Assembly: GCA_040285825.1 (NCBI GenBank)
Contig: JAUPSS010000003.1
Location: 2,790,001 to 2,854,000, forward strand
Direction: 5' to 3'
DNA: 64,000 nucleotides
Source: Eukaryota sp. TZLM1-RC
Lineage: Eukaryota > Protista > Metamonada: BaSk clade
Every line of letters starts with the position of its first letter. Position 1 is the first letter of the stretch. Position numbers and translations under genes: made by a program. This document shows positions 63,066 to 64,000 of the stretch, piece after piece. The notes beneath the pieces are model-generated. The model saw only the letters and a list, made by a program, of their open reading frames with translations. It was not told the DNA's origin and did no database searches.

Positions 63066-63635
63066 TTATCCACTGTCATTCAAAGGCGGAGACTCCACAC
63101 CCCCTAATACATCACACAACCAATTGAAAGCCTCATCTATACCCTCCCCCGTCAGCACAGAGGTGGGTACCACAGACCATGGACGATTGGAAGGACAGCC
63201 CACGATGGCAGAAGCAACTTGACCAGCAGGAGTAGCATCTGAACAATCCTGTTTATTGGCCAACACCAAGATGGGAACAGACTCAAGGGCGGGTTCAGCA
63301 TAAAGGGCTTCTAATTCAGCTTTGGCAATGGCAAACCTGGACTGGTCAGTACAGTCCACACAAAAAACAACAGCGTCAGTGTCCACAAAATAGGACTTCC
63401 AGTAAAGACGTAAGCTAGACTGTCCACCAAGGTCCCAAGCTGCAAACCTTAGGTTTCGGACAGAGAGAGTTTCTACATTGAAACCGACAGTTGGTACTGT
63501 GCTTATGACTCTTCCGAGTTTAAGTCGGTAGAGAAGGGTAGTTTTACCACTATTGTCAAGACCGAGTAGAAGAAGTTTGCGTTCTCTGTTGGAAGAGAAC
63601 AGACGAGAAAAGAGTGAAGATATGAAGTTGCCCAT
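63066..63635 (-). CDS. ARL1: ADP-ribosylation factor-like GTPase (Arl1-like)
   Basis: MG myristoylation start, GLDNSGKT, PTVGFNVE, WDLGGQSSLRLYW, NKQD. Confidence 0.85.
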   Translation of the reverse strand: MGNFISSLFSRLFSSNRERKLLLLGLDNSGKTTLLYRLKLGRVISTVPTVGFNVETLSVRNLRFAAWDLGGQSSLRLYWKSYFVDTDAVVFCVDCTDQSRFAIAKAELEALYAEPALESVPILVLANKQDCSDATPAGQVASAIVGCPSNRPWSVVPTSVLTGEGIDEAFNWLCDVLGGVESPPLNDSG

Positions 63636-63889
63636 TCCTACCTTGCAGATATTGTATTCAATGGGGAAGGTAAGTTGATAAAAGATGCCTTATACTGTGA
63701 GAGCAAATCCAAATGTATTTACCAAACCTACATCTTTTTTAACAAAATTTTAATTTTATTCAAAACCTATAAATCAACATCTAAAAAATCCATCTCTCCC
63801 AGAACAAAAACACTAGATGCAACTCTCTCATAGTGAGATCCAAGAGAAAGCAAAGCATCAGAAACCATCTTCAACATCCCCTTTTTGGA

Positions 63890-64000
63890 CAAATTTGGAC
63901 CAAATGCTTTCCTCAATCAATTCAAGAAATTCCAAACCGATCTCTATTTAATTTACAGTTTTGCTGTAAAAAGCTTCAACAAAAATTGTCAAAGATTTTT
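63890..64000 (+). mobile_element. Start of another family-C non-LTR fragment
   Basis: Near-identical to 35801-35910. Confidence 0.85.

Overview
AT-rich, compact eukaryotic (protist-like) DNA using the standard genetic code, with tiny GT-AG introns (30-53 nt); well over half of the window is transposon-derived. Host genes: TFIIB, a helix-hairpin-helix protein, ADA2, MCRS1, a GyrI-like protein, TyrRS, TMCO1, Rpt4, tRNA-Phe, eL20/RPL18a, AMMECR1, a CKAP2-like protein, an AK9-like protein and ARL1. Mobile elements: a full-length chromodomain Ty3/Gypsy element with 81-bp LTRs and an apparent self-priming PBS plus a decayed relative; two full-length TSD-flanked copies and many fragments of RLE-type (CRE/R2-like) non-LTR retrotransposons; a pogo/Tc1-like TIR element; a hAT-like MITE. 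Most notable are three diverged Fanzor1-like (eukaryotic TnpB) remnants. One ends a composite relic (13768-15130) reading hydrophobic leader - 2A StopGo motif (GDVEANPGP) - family-B DNA polymerase exonuclease fragment - Fanzor C-terminus - structured tail, which suggests an unfamiliar polymerase- and Fanzor-carrying mobile element. All calls come from manual motif reading; no searches were run.
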